Shown here: one piece after another, positions 35,781 to 49,171 of the stretch
Layout: each line of letters opens with the position of its first letter
Position numbering within the stretch: position 1 is the stretch's first letter
NCBI RefSeq assembly: GCF_009914755.1
Contig: NC_060930.1
DNA: 64,000 nt
Strand: one strand, 5' to 3'
From: the human T2T-CHM13v2.0 reference genome, Homo sapiens
Made by a program: the position numbers and the translations under genes
The notes under the pieces: model-generated
Seen by the model: the letters and a program-made list of their open reading frames with translations, nothing else
What the model was told of the DNA's origin: nothing
The model's database searches: none

Positions 35781-38696
35781 GGCTACCCTGTCTCCACTGA
35801 GGCAATGAGGCTTATGCACATCTTTTGCTAAACTCCCTCTTCCTACCATAAGCCTTGCGATACATATTTACGTTTTAAAGTAAAGTACTAATTAACATAT
35901 TCGTAGCACTTTGAGCAAGGATGGAAACGTGTTGTTGGAGTGAGTAGACTAATAATTCTAATGTCTTTGGGCACGTTTTCAGTTTTAGAATGGTAGGGTT
36001 GATATTACCTCAATGGGGTCCCTGTGTTGGGCAGACACATATCACCAAATATTTTCCAATTTTACTATTTTATGATGCCCTGCTTGCATTTGGTGTTGTG
36101 GGTCTAATGTGCCACTCAAAATCTAACCCCCATGTTCAGTTTTTTTACACCTAATTACCTGGTTTTTTCTTTCTTCGCTCACATGGAACCACATTTGTGG
36201 CCCATCGCCCATCTTCAGAAGTGAACGCAGACCTGCCTGTGGCTCCCTGTGTCCAGCTTCTGTTGTCTGATTCCCAGTGTCTGTGCAGATTGATCCGTCT
36301 TCACATGAATCCACCCACACGCTTGCCCCCTTATTCCTCTGCCATGGCGTTTCTTATAACGTTGAGAAAAAAATGTAAATCTGAAGTCGTATCTCAGAAC
36401 CATGTGTACAAACTTTCCTCACATTTATAGCGGTCACTGTAATATTCTTCCTGACATTAGCAATCGAATTGAGGGAAAATGACTTCATAAAATATAGTCA
36501 CCTTTTAAATAAGAGAATTACTTTTAGATAGGAGATAGAAATTTCAAATAACAAAGGAAATTCCATATGTGCTTATAATTTTAAAAATAATTTGAGAGAT
36601 CTGGATGAAAAAGAATCAGGCCAACTTTAGGGTATATTTTTGGTTTTGGTTGTATATTAATTCATGCCACATGGGATGTGGGTCTATGTAATCAAGAATT
36701 TTTTTAAGTACAATTAAAACTAACCTAAAATGTACCTTGGAAAAAAGAAGTTAGTATCCTTTCATTTTGCGGTGGCTGGCAGCTTGGGACTGTCAGATAA
36801 ACCGTGCATGGCCATTCTTTGGCATTAAGATTCTGGGCTGTCCAGCTCCCTGTGTGTGACAAGCACTTCTGGACCCTCTAGAAGGTTTCATTACCTTTAA
36901 TGAAGCATAAAATAAACACGTGCTTTTCTGTCATCCCTTCATTTCAAAGGACAATTGAGTTAAATTTTGTAACATACATATCTTTAGAGGGACAGTCATA
37001 TTCTTCACTGTGAAATGGCCGCATCAAAGAAGAAGCAGTTAGCAGCCTATCAAATCCCATTCCGACCCTGGTCAGGACTGTGCCCTGTGGTCCTACATTC
37101 CCAAGGACAGTGAGTTTCAATCAGGATCCTGTCATTGCTGCTTCCTTGAGATGTGCTTATCTATCAGGAGGAGGAGGAGAAAGAGAAGAGAGAGAAGAGA
37201 AAAAAGAAAAGGAAGGAGAGAGAAAAGATGAAGGTAGCTTTTACTGGTGAATCAATCTGGATAATATGACATTACGGCCCTTTCAAAGACAGTCTAGGCC
37301 TCTGTCTTTGGAATACAAATGTACATAAAGTTTTGAACACTGAGCAAGAAAGATAATGTGAGCATTCTGGTGGCCTGCTGTCATGCCAGTCACCATAGAG
37401 CGAAATTTGTTCTAAGGAGAATTCCTCTTGGATCCTATATAAGAAGTTGTCAACTAGGAATGCTGAAAGGGTTTGTGTTTGAATGAAGGCTGAGAGTTGT
37501 GTAATCTTTAAACATTTATCTCTTAATGAATCAACAGGAACGGACATCATCTATTTTCCAGGGCCCCTTATTTAAGTATTTAAACAAGATGCTTAGGTTG
37601 TCAGCAGATGGGTCCCCTTCCCAGCCAGTCCTTCTCTTCCCTGTTCCTCTACCCCTTTCTTCTCAGGCCCTGGGTTCTCTCTTCCAGTATTTGGGGTGTT
37701 TGTGTAGACTAAATGAGATATTCATGTTGAAGTGCTGGATGCATGTAGTAGATGCTGCTTCCCCAGGATGTAAAAGAATGATCTCGGGCCCTGACACTTT
37801 CAGTTCCTTTTCTCCACCGGGTTCTGTTTGGAGCTTTGGTTCATTGATATCCTTTTAAGAATGTGGTCCCAACACCAGATATGGTCTTGCACAAGCATTT
37901 GGTCACTTAAACCCGAACGTGACCTTGTGAGGTGGCACTAGTTGGTGATCAGATAATAATCCTAAGTGTCTCCAAATTTAAGATTCTGCTAAACCAGTTT
38001 CCACCACTCATTGTTTTTTGAATTTTTTGGCACCCCCACATGATACTTTACGTATTATTTTTATTCAAACTAGATTTTCATCTTGATTCCATTATCCTAG
38101 GTTGGAAATACAGCCACCAGTTGATGCAAATGTGTTACAGGATCCTGTTTCTTCCCGTGAATGGGTTGGCCTTAATTCTCCCAAGCAATGGGTGTGGCTA
38201 GAGCTCACTCCCTCAGGCTACCTTTCCATTTGCTGCACTGATTTATTCCCCAGGGGAAAGCCCAGGAGAGCTGAATACTGAGCTTTCCCTCCCTCCCTCG
38301 GGTCGCCCCTGCCTGCAGCCGGGGTCTTGGAAATCATCAGTAAAATGCTAAATTGAACTCCCGAGTACATGTAACTGGAAATGTTACTCTAAAAGCTTAC
38401 ACTCATCCAATAATTGACACTTTGTGAAGAACGTTGTCCCATGAGCTCTGAATAGTCATAAGAGCATGTTTTCTGCCTCATTCTGCCACATGCGAAGGCT
38501 ATTTTCTGGAAACATGGACGCCTTCTCCAGAAACAGGATGAAAGCATCTGAAACATGGGATTAAGGTGCCTGTAAGAATAAAAAACCCACTTTACACTCT
38601 GTACCCTTCTCTCCTAAAACATGACAGAGCCCTCTCTCTGTGCCCTGCAGACATGATCTCCTGTGTCCTCACAGAATCCCTGCCAGGCAGCTCGCG

Positions 38697-38717
38697 CTCT
38701 CTCTCTGTCTCTCTCTG

Positions 38718-38757
<40 letters not shown>

Positions 38758-38764
38758 CCTCTCT
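38697..38764. repeat. (CT)n microsatellite, interrupted
   Basis: Directly visible. Confidence 0.9.
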
Positions 38765-40069
38765 GGGTGTATATTTTCTAGGTTTTTGTAAACATCTTAG
38801 GCTAAGGAAACTGAGCAATCTCTCTGACCTGAACATACACGTCCGTTAAGTTCTTTCTTTTTAGGATACGCAGATCTGTGAGTATGCTAATCAGTTCTTC
38901 ATTCTTAAAAGATTTCTCTTTTGGAGAGAGTTGCCAAAGATAGATCTTTCTTTTCATTTAGAGATAAAACCCAGGTGGAGTCATAACTTCTTTTTTTGTA
39001 CTCTTGGCATCTCTCCCACCACCTACACCCTGCTGGAAACATCCAGGTGCAATCACCCAGCTGGTGTGAGGGGAAGCCCCTGTCCTTTTTTGGAAGAGGT
39101 GGAAGAGGTTGTCTCCCAGGTTCCCTGGTTCCAAGAATCCACCACAGGAGGGAGCCCCAGAATGGCTGAGCTCTGTCTTTTAGGGGAGGGTCGCATGGTG
39201 GGGTCTGGGGTTACCACCACCAGCAAAGTTTCTGCCACCTTGCCTGCAAAAATACCCCACGGGCCTGCTGCCCCAAGTGAGTTCAACTTTCCAGCTTTAA
39301 AGAATTGGCTCATGATGCAGAATGCTAAATTAGGGAATTAAAAAGCAGGGACATTTTAGCTTGATGTTTCTACTGTCTTTATTTAGAAGTCTGGGATATG
39401 CATGTTACATTCAGGATTACTACCCACATATCAGATAAGAGTATCATGTTATTGAAGCAGAATTTTGGTTTTAAAATAACCAGAGTAAGCAGGGGGAGTG
39501 TGAGGCGGGCTGCCTGCCTGGGGCCTGGACTGGCTAAATAGGGTGCTATTTTCTTTTTGCTGTGAGGTCAGTCCACTTTGTGAGTCGGGTTTTATTCAAA
39601 GCAATCGCTTAACTTATTTTATTTGCTAAATGAATATTATATTTCAGTGTTCTCCAGTAATAGGATTCTCAGACATGTGATTTTCATGAGGGATTTTAAC
39701 CCAAAAGAACAATAAGTGCAGCAAATCAAAATTTCTGTGCTCAGATATTCAAAACACCACTTGCATTTTTTTGTACCCCAAAATCTGAAGGAAATTTTGA
39801 AAAATCATTAGCAGCTGTCATTTAGATTTGTACACCATTCCTAGTCCCTTCCCTCATTTCTACTACCTTTTAATTTCGTTTTGTTTTGTTAAATTCCAAA
39901 CATATCTGTAGGTTGTCTGGCCAACTTTATTCTAGAAGGCAGCAGGAAGGAGGGCAGCCCGCCAGGCCGAGGCTTTTGTCCTGCTCTGCTCCTGGAGGCT
40001 GACACGAGGCTGACTCCCAGGCCACACTCTGTCAATTTCTGGGGCTTCCTCTGGGCTCCACGCAGGACC

Positions 40070-40136
40070 CCCTTCTCCCAGTGGCTCTGACAGCAGGGGC
40101 AGGACGCCCTCCTCCCAGTGGCTCTGACAGCAGGGC
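40070..40136. repeat. Short direct duplication, period 37
   Basis: CTCCCAGTGGCTCTGACAGCAGGG occurs twice. Confidence 0.85.
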
Positions 40137-40557
40137 CGGGGGCATAGTTCCCTGGAAGTCGGTCTTGGGAGGACACAGCCTCTGTTTCTGCACCAGAGTC
40201 CCCAGGGCCTTGGCCGGACACTCAGGGCAATCTGCCCTGAGGAATTCAGGGCAGTGTGGCTTGAATCTGCTGTCCGACGCAGGCAGGTGCAGGCTGTTCT
40301 AGAGTGTGCTCAGGGTGGCCTGACAAATGCGGGCGGGGGTGGGGGAGGAACTCGGGACCCAGGGCTGTGCCCCAAGAGGGTGTGGGGCAGCCAGGGGGTG
40401 TGGTGGCCTCAAGGCTCCGTCACCCTGCGGCCCTGTCATTTCGGGCTGTGCCTTTGTCTCCGGGTCTCCTCCTCACTCTTCTCAGTCTACCCTGGAGTTC
40501 AACAAAAAGGAGAAAAGAATTTCCCTGGCAAAGCCAAGTGGAGAGTTAGAGGCTAGG

Positions 40558-41245
40558 CTCTCTCTTTCTCTCTGTCTCTGTGTGTCTCTCAGTTCTGTCT
40601 CTCAGTTTCTGCCATTCTCTCGCTCTCTTTTTTGTCTCTCTGTCTCTCTCTGTCTCTTTGTCTCTCTCTGTACCTGTCTCTCTGATTCTCTCAGTCTCTG
40701 CCATTTGCTCTCTCTCTTTCTGTCTGTCTCTGTTTCTTCCTGTCTCTGTCTCTTTGTCTCTCTGTCTCTTTCTCTCTGTCTCTTCCTGTCTCTTTCTGTC
40801 TCTGTCTCTCTAATTCTGTCTATTGATCTCTGCCATTCTACATACTACATCTCTGTCTATCTCTGTCTCTCTGTCTCCCTCTTTCTCTGTCTCTCTGATT
40901 CTATCTCTTGGTCTCTGTCATTCTCCATCTCTGTCCTCTATCTCTCTCCGTCTCTCTGTTTGTCTCTCATTCTTTCTCTGGATCTCTGCCATTCTCCATC
41001 TCTGTCTCTCTATCTCTCTTTCTCTCTGTCTTCCTCTCTCTCTGTCTCTCTGATTCTATCTTTGGTCTCTGCCATTCTCCCTCTCTGTTTTGTCTATCTT
41101 TCTTTGCCCCTCTATTTCTGTCTCGATCTCTCTCTGTCCTTGTCTCTGTGTGTCTTCTTTCTGTCCATCTCTGTACTATCTCTGTGTCTCTCTTACTCTA
41201 TTCATCTATTTCCCTATCTTTATTCATCTCTCTGTCTCTGTTCTC
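40558..41245. repeat. CT-rich low-complexity tract with a decayed internal unit
   Basis: ~690 bp of TCTCTG/TCTCTC; recurring GCCATTCT-like anchor. Confidence 0.88.
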
Positions 41246-44200
41246 CCAGGCTCCACCCAGTCCATGATGCCTGCAGGGGGTCACTCTGTGTCCTCCTGTG
41301 ACTCTGCCCTGTGGCCGTCTCTCCTGTTGGGCTGCCTCTGGGCTCTGTGTGTCCCGGCTCCCCCAGGAAGGATGAGGAGGCCCAAGGGCTCTGTGGCTCT
41401 GAGAGCTGAGGCATCGCTGAAGTGTTTGTGAAGAAGAATTGAACTAACCTAGAACTAACCTCAGCCGAAATCTAACTGGGCTTTTTTTTTTGGTCACACA
41501 TTTTCTTCACCCTTTCTTCTTTAGATGCTTTCTGGGTTTTCCAGGTTCATTCAGAACTGAAAATAGCCCCTCGTAACTTCACAGCACGAAACCCAGAGCT
41601 CTCAGGACACGTGCCCCCAACTCATCTCCCCATCCTGGGTAGGGCCAGACTGCGGCTCTGACAGGTTCTGCAGATGGGAGGCACCTGGGCAGTGAGACCA
41701 GGTGTTTGCAGGTAGACCGTTTGCCCTTCAGCCGGTGCTTGATCAGATTGTTCTTGGGATTTTCTAAACACACATTCTGGGGAACAGAGGAGGCTTTGAT
41801 GAAGAAAGGGAAAAGAAAACCCACTAAAATATGTGAAAAAAATCATACCACAGCACTCCGGGTGTGTCTTGATTTGGAGGTGAGCTTACAACTTCTCCAT
41901 GGGACGCATCCTGAAGCTACACCTGTACTGGCCATGTGCTGAAGACGCTGCTGGGGACAGGTTGTGCGTGGCCAGTGTTCCAGCAGATGCTACAGGTGCA
42001 CATCCTGTGGCCGGGGTCCCTGTGGCCAGGGTCCCGGTTTGAGACCGGATAATAGTGTGGGGCCGAGGGTCGGCGCTGGCCCAAAGGTGGCTCTCAAGAT
42101 GACTCCAGAGGGTCTTGGTGGCCGGGGTCTCAGATGGGAGCTGTGTGTATTGGGTTCAGGGAGCCCAGGACAGGAGGGGAGGGCTTGTTAGGGGCCCCTG
42201 CAGGGTGCCGGGGCGGAGTGAGGACGGGCTGCCATGAAGGGCCTTGGGAGGAACTGGGGCTTTGTCCAAGAACCAGGCCAGCTTGAGGTGCAGCCCAGGG
42301 GTGCTGAGGAGAGCCTGGCTCTGACCCTTCAGTTGGCCCCAGAGAGGACCAGGGGAGGGCAGCCGACTTGGGGTCTGGTCTATGAGTTTTCTTCTTTAAG
42401 ATATAAAAGAATTAACTGGTGAACTTTGTAATCAACTCAACATTTTCCTGTGTTGTGTCTTGTCCCAGTCGTGGTTTTCTCTAAGCAGAATCAGAAATGA
42501 TGGATTTAGAGAGAGGGGCAGGAAGGACGCTGGCTCGGCAGCCACCAAGCCCGGGCTGGCCTGGCAGCTGGCTGTGGTGGGCGGCCCTCAAGTCCCGGCT
42601 TTGAGAGGCTGGGCCCTTTTCTTTCCTCATTCTCTCCTACTTAAAAATGTTCATGTTTATACTTGTTTATTGTTCCCTTCTTAAAATGAACTTTCTGAAG
42701 AACATTTGATACTTCTTCACCTTATAAAGGTTACACAGATTTTATAAAATGTAAAGGAAAAGGTACAGATTTCATTATTATCTCTGGGGTGTCACTCAAA
42801 ATTACTGATGTTGAATATCACAGAAAGGACATAGAATGAGCCATTATCTCCTGGAGGTCCGAAACCTTGAACTTAGAGGAAGACCTGAGGGGTTTAAAAC
42901 AAACCGAACAACCTAGCCTCACTTTATACAAATGGGCAGCTCTGGGGAGAAAATTGCAAGTGGCAGAATCAACGTGGATTCAAAACCTCGTATCTCAACA
43001 GCATTAGAGGACTAGGGTGACCCGCTCCGTGAATCCATGCAAACGTCTGGGCGGAGTCTTCACCTCACTTCCCGATTTCCCGGTCTGTTCCTGTGAAAGG
43101 GCGCGGCACTCAGGCAGGGCGGAGATGCCCCCAGCCCAGCCTCTGACTGCAGACGCCTCATACCAGGGCCACCCCAGAGCCCAGGGAGGGCGGAGTGGGC
43201 GTGGGGGCACGGGCCTGCTGGGAAGGAGTCACTGCTTGGAGCTGGACGTGTGGGCCGACGTCTCTTGCCTGAGCTCTGCGAAGTGACTTCATCTGCTTCT
43301 GGTTCAATTGCTAGATAGTTTAAAAGAGGGTCCCACACACATCGTTCCCTAATGACACAGCCTGGCTGTCGCCGTTTATGACTGCGATTAGCTGTGCAGG
43401 GGCAAGAGCAAGGCTCTGGGTTTTTGCAAGACTGAGGCAGGGTGGGTGGGGCGTGGAGGGGCTGCAGGGCTGGCAGGTGGCCGCGGCCATTCTCAGGCCA
43501 TGGGTCTGCCCTTGAGTTAACCTCAACCAGGTCAGGCTGCATTGAAGCAGGCCACAAAGAGAAACCTCGCAGTGGGTTCCGTTCACACCAGGTACCTTCG
43601 GTGCTGCGAGACCCTCACGGCACCCCAGCAGGGTCTCTCACGGAGACTCCCCGGTGCCACTTGGTGGCCACAGTGACTCTCCCACGTGGAGCTTTCCTCT
43701 GTCAGCAACCCCAGTGCCGAAGCTTGAGAAGGGAAGTGGCCTTCCCACAAGAATGTTCTGGCTAGTACTGGATTTCAAAACGCGCCCCAGGTCAGGCTGA
43801 TCTCAGAGAAGCCTCCTTACATTTTTAGGAGGGTGCTTCCAGATTGTGGGACATCAGGTACTGTTAACAGGAGGAGAAGGTGGGATTTCCTGGAGGGGAC
43901 TCTGGATGCATCGTTTTTGGTGGCAAGCAAAAGGCATGTCACTGTGAGGGCAGGAAGAAGCCTGGGCTGCTCCATGTGGGCAACGGGTGGGTCGTCATGT
44001 CCACCGAGGTGAATGAGTTCAGTCTTCATCCCTCTGCCTGTGAGGCATGAGCTCAGGGGAAAAGCAACAACAAGACTAGGGCTGCAGGGTTTTGAAGAAG
44101 CTGCTCGGGACAAGCATGCACACGCTCATGTGAAACGGCAACTGCTCCACATCATGCTCCATTTTCTCCTTCTGGCAAACTGTGCACAACCTGGGAGAGA

Positions 44201-45342
44201 TGGCAAAGCCCTGTGTCCTCACACTGCCTCAGGCACAGCGCGGCCGCCACGCCCCTCTCCAGCTCTCCCTTCCACGGTCACCTGGAGATGGCAGCTCCTC
44301 TGGACCGTCCACGAGGGCTGCCAGGAGGAACGTGTGTTTAGACACTTTCAATAAAAACAAAGTGCAGCTTCCAGTGAGTGCCATTCCACTGTCTACAACG
44401 GGGGAGTCAGAACCCAGTTGAAAAGCTGCCCCAGCACCCCAGCGTGACGCCAGCCACGGGGATGCCACCCATCCAACCCCACCTTCAACACAAGCAGTGC
44501 CCGAGGGGCTGGCTGACTGCGATGGACTCAGCGACAAACGGCACCCACCGACCCTGCACTGGAGCTGCAGTGACTTCATCGCCTTGTGTTTCCCGTCGGG
44601 TGCCCAGTAATCACAAAGTGGCCTGGAGTCACTGTTTGTAAATACACAGGAGCCTGCACCCATCATATGTATGCGGCAGAGTAATCCTCCCAGAACATGA
44701 GCCCCGCGTCACGTCCTTCCAGCCGTGCTTGTGATCACTGCCGGGGTGGGAGCCTGGCCTCGCACTCGCTGCAGCCCCGGCCCAGACCCACCCTCCCCAC
44801 GCCCACGAGTACATGTGGTGCCGCCTCCTCTCTGGGGCTGGTCCTAATGGAAATCAACCTGACCCTGCTGAGCAGGATGGCAGGCCCAGCTCGGCGAAGG
44901 CCTGGAATTTTTCCAAGCCTGTTTTGTTCTCTCTTCCCTCCTCTTTCTAATGAGTCTAATAGAAACATTCCAGTTGTTTCTTTTTTCATGGTGGTATTTC
45001 ACGGTCATTTCAAGGTGGGGGGCCCTTGCAGCCTGTGTGCCATCATCTTCTGGGGAGGGGGGCAGCACAGGGGGTGGCCGGTCTTTCCCACCTGCCACAA
45101 AGATTGGTCCTGAAGATCCTGCTGCGAGACACACTCTCACGTGGAATCAACGCAACCTGGGCCTCTTGCACTTACTCCAAAACAATTAAGCTCCTAGGAA
45201 GGCTGGGGGGATGTCATGATAACATAATCCTGCAGTGTGACCCAGAGGCCGGGCTGTGGTGAGGCTTCAGGGTGTGGGGACCGTTCCCCTGGGGCCATCA
45301 ACGTACCGGCTCATCAGAGAGAACTGGGATCCAGCAGCCTCT

Positions 45343-45533
45343 CTGGGAGGGAGACGGTCTCACCCTGCCCCTCCGGGGGCATCGTGCTGCCTGCCCTGGG
45401 GGTCCTGGGAGGGAGACGGTCTCACCCTGCCCCTCTGGGGGCATCGTGCTGCCTGCCCTGGGGGTCCTGGGAGGGAGACGGTCTCACCCTGCCCCTCTGG
45501 GGGCATCATGCTGCCTGCCCTGGGGGTCCTGGG
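45343..45533. repeat. 62-bp tandem repeat, ~3 copies
   Basis: GAGACGGTCTC at 45351, 45413, 45475. Confidence 0.95.
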
Positions 45534-46119
45534 CTTTGGCGTCACCAGTTCTGTTGTGAGTCCTGGATTCCCACTCGCCATGGGTTTGGACCAGCTTCTG
45601 AGTCTCAGTCTTTCATGCTGTAAAATGGGAAGTGCAGCCTCTTTGGAGTGCAGTATTTTGAGTTGTGTGTGATGTTGGTGTGTCCTTGACAACACCCTTT
45701 GCCTTCATTGCTAAGGAATGGGGCCCAGGCATCTTAGGGGAGAAACGAAGGCTCCCAGGGTCCTGGGCCAGCTTGCACCCCTGTCCGGGCCGTCTTCCTG
45801 CTCGAGATGTGAAGTGCTTGTTCTGTCACGTCCCCCTGCCCTCCAGTTGTGTTTGTGCCATGTTGCTGTGTGCCTCACACCCCCAGCTCTCCTTCTAGGA
45901 ACACTTTCTGCACCCTGCAGTGGTCTGAACGCCCACTCCTCGGTGTAAAGGAGGCAGAGAGCAGGAAGATGTTTGCTTATACTAATTCTCATTGTATAAT
46001 AATTAAAGCTAATTCATTGTATTAACTGTGTGTTGGAAAATAGTGTAACATGGAAGTTTAATTTATGGACATTAAGTACTCCCTCTGTTGTCATCAACAG
46101 TGTGGAAACGTGGTCATAA

Positions 46120-46330
46120 TTATGAATAATGCTTACTATATCCAGGGCCTTGTTCAAAATGGTTTACCCAAATAAACTCTATTCCCCACAACACCCTCGA
46201 TGTGGTGGGTGCTCTCATTGTTCCCATTTTGCAGATGAGGAACTTGAGACACAGATGGACGAGGTCATGTGATGGATTTAGGTCATAGGCCTGAGGAAGG
46301 TCCTGGAGCAAACGGTTTGACAGGAGCGAT
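46120..46330 (-). mobile_element. MIR
   Basis: CCCCACAACACCCT..CCCATTTTGCAGATGAGGAACTTGAGACACAGA. Confidence 0.8.
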
Positions 46331-46655
46331 GTCATCAGTGCAAGTTCTGTCAACCCGAGGCTCAAAGCCGGGGCGTGGGCCTCGTGCTGTGCAAGCGTCT
46401 AGGGCTTCGTAGGTGTGTTTTGATGAAGGTCACAGACGCGCCTGGGTCCCTGGTGGGGAATCTGGGCCATCGGCAGGAAGCGTGACATTGAGGACAAGCT
46501 GGAAAGGGGGCGTTTGCCGCATCGGGAAGGGTATTCTCCGGTTGTGGGGAAGATGAGTTCCTTCGGTCATGCCTGGGTTGATCCCAGTGAGTTGATGAAA
46601 CAGGATCCTGGCACCCTCACATGTGAAAATGAAGCAGAACTTGGGTCTGTAGCTA

Positions 46656-47001
46656 GAGCCCCAGGGTGGGTGAGCCCTGGGGTGGGTGAGCCCTGGGGTG
46701 GATGAGCCCTGGGGTGGGTGAGCACTGGGGTGGGTGAGCCCTGGGGTGGGTGGGCCCTGGGGTGGGTGAGCTGGGGTGGGTGAGCACTGGAGTGGGTGAG
46801 CCCTGGGGTGGGTGAGCCCTGGGGTGGGTGAGCCAGGGTGGGTGAGCACTGGAGTGGGTGGGCCTTGTGGTGGGTGAGCCCTGGGGTGGGTGAGCCGGGG
46901 TGGTGAGCCCTCTGGTGGGTGAGCCCCGGGCTGGGTGAGCCCTGGGGTGGGTGAGCCGGGGTGGTGAGCCCTGGGCTGGGTGAGCCCGGGGGTGGGTGAG
47001 A
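46656..47001. repeat. G-rich 16-bp minisatellite (GAGCCCTGGGGTGGGT), ~21 copies
   Basis: TGAG anchors at 46671, 46687 and onward. Confidence 0.95.
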
Positions 47002-48141
47002 CCTTGGTGAGAAGAGCCCCGAAGTCCGTGTGGTTGACGCTGGCCCGATTCATTTTCTCTGTGCTTTGGTTTCCTCATCGCTCAATCATGTTTCCTTCAA
47101 GTGATAGGCTTCAAATATCTTCCCTGATCAATGTTTCTCTCACTAGAATTTTGAACTCTTTGGAAACCTTTCATAGATAACGTTTACTTTATTGTAAACA
47201 GGATAAAATTTGCTTTGATTGACTGATACCCCAAAAGATATTCTTGGTGTACTGCATTTGCCCACTTATGTGGCTACACTCACATCACAATTAGCACACT
47301 TAAGACCTATGTATTTAAATGACCTCAAAACTCCTCAAATGAAATCCCCTAGACCCCAGTCCTCCAAGCAGTTGCTTAGAAAGAAATTATGGGATATCCT
47401 TCTAAGGTAATTAAAGGAATTCTACAAGCAATGTAACAACATAATAGACACTTTGAAAAGTAGTGATGTTCCTCCACAGTGGTACTACCCAACAACTTTG
47501 GGGCCTTTTCAAGACTTTCCTCACATGACTTTCTTAGAACATTGCTATAATGAGGACATAAAACATTTTACGTCTGTCTTACTTAATAATATTTAGGGGT
47601 AGAATATTGTAAAGAAAACTAGTCTATTTTCCATTTACCTCCCTCACTTGAGCATTAGGAGGGGTTTGGAGGTCTGCCCACCCAAATCCTGAATTTTATA
47701 ATAGGGCATCTGAGCCCTGGGAAGCTTCAGGAACCCGGTGTGGGGCCAGGTGTCTTGTCTCAGCTTCACCAACTTCCTTCCACACTCCTTTGCTGGCTTG
47801 ACATTTAAAGGTGAATTAATGCCACATTTTAACATTGAAGTTGATCATGATCTCTGTATCAACCCTCAAAGTATCTTACATCCATTATGAAGAACTCATT
47901 TTGGTGGAAATGTGTTAAGAGACAAAAGCATCACTTGTGAGAACCAAAGATGCAAAATAATGTCAACATATTGTAGATATTCTTTGATTAAAATGCTTGT
48001 TTGATAATGAGTAATCACTATCAAACTGGGTCAGTGTGAGGGAGGGCTACAGGAAATCCTTGGACCTCAGCTCTAAACACAGAGGTTCTTCCCTGTGTCT
48101 GTAGAAGTGCCCAGGCTTTAGGCAGTATTTTGGTTGAAAGG

Positions 48142-48484
48142 TGTATTAGTCTGTTTTTACACTGCTGATAAAGGCATATCCAGTACTGGCAATTTACAAA
48201 AGAAAGAAGTTTAATGGGCTTACAGTTCCATGTGGGTGGGGAAGCCTCAGGAGGAGCAAGTCCCATCTTACATGGATGGCAGGAGGCAAAGAGAGCTTGT
48301 GCAGGGGTACTCCCGTTTTAAATCCATCAGATCTTGTGAGACGTATTCACTATCACCAGAACAGCATGGGAAAGACCTGCCTCCATGATTCAATCATCTC
48401 CCACCAGGTCCCTCCCACAACATGTGGGAATTATGGGGGCTACAAGATGAGATTTGAGTGGGGACACAGAGCCAAACCATATTA
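48142..48484 (-). mobile_element. THE1 (THE1A-like) MaLR solo LTR, antisense to SMOC2
   Basis: TGTATTAGTCTG..ACTGCTGATAAAG..CCATCAGATCTTGTGAGAC..GGGGACACAGAGCCAAACCATATTA; near-TSD AAAGG/AAAGT. Confidence 0.9.
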
Positions 48485-49141
48485 AAAGTGTAAGAAAAAT
48501 TTACTTCATTTTTCAATGGTGTTGGGTACACTCTGAATTGCAAGTGAATCACTTGCAAAATTTTGTTACAAATTTTTAGAGAATACCTAAAAATGAACTT
48601 TTATGACAACTTTTTAGGTTTTCGCCCTTTCAGTTGAACCAAACTAAGGTTTAATCTTTTAGTGGTTTTCATTTGACTTCATGTTGATTTTCTTAATTTT
48701 TTCGTTTAATATTTAGTAAGAGTCTGATATTGAGTTTTACTGCACTTTAAAGCATTTCGGATGTTAATTAAAATCTTGACTCTAGTAGCACATTCAGTCG
48801 GGTCAAGCGTCACTATTTGACATAAATGGAGACATCTGGCTGTCACCCAAGTTTGATAAGCTGAATACCCATGCAGATGAGGCAGCCGTGCTAGAAACAC
48901 CACTCTATTACGCCTAGTGGCATTTCCCTACCCATATTGTTACAATGGTGCTCATGTCCTATGAATTTTTTTTTCAGGGCTGCTATTATTTGAGAAGCTG
49001 TGATATTTTAAGTCAAGGATACGATGTGCATCACTAGGCTCACGTGGCAATGGGATGATGCCTTAGTGTCTTAGCCCGTCTGACTGTCACTAACACTTTC
49101 TCTCCCTTTCTCATAGTTTCTACTGGAGGAGGGCTCTTTAT

Positions 49142-49171
49142 TTTTTTATTTTTTATTTATCAGTTTTTTTT
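49142..49171 (-). mobile_element. Tail-only (poly-A) retro-insertion with target-site duplication
   Basis: 30-nt T-rich insert between identical GAGGAGGGCTCTTTAT copies (49126-49141, 49172-49187). Confidence 0.75.

Noticed and set aside
35017-35849. Poly-acidic, poly-Pro/His and GRRM ORFs (prothymosin- or nucleolin-like appearance)
   Set aside because: All derive from one 18-bp repeat; no flanking homology, poly-A tail or TSD of a processed pseudogene.
40327-41301. 324-aa Leu/Ser/Cys-rich ORF resembling a membrane protein
   Set aside because: Translation of a CT low-complexity tract.
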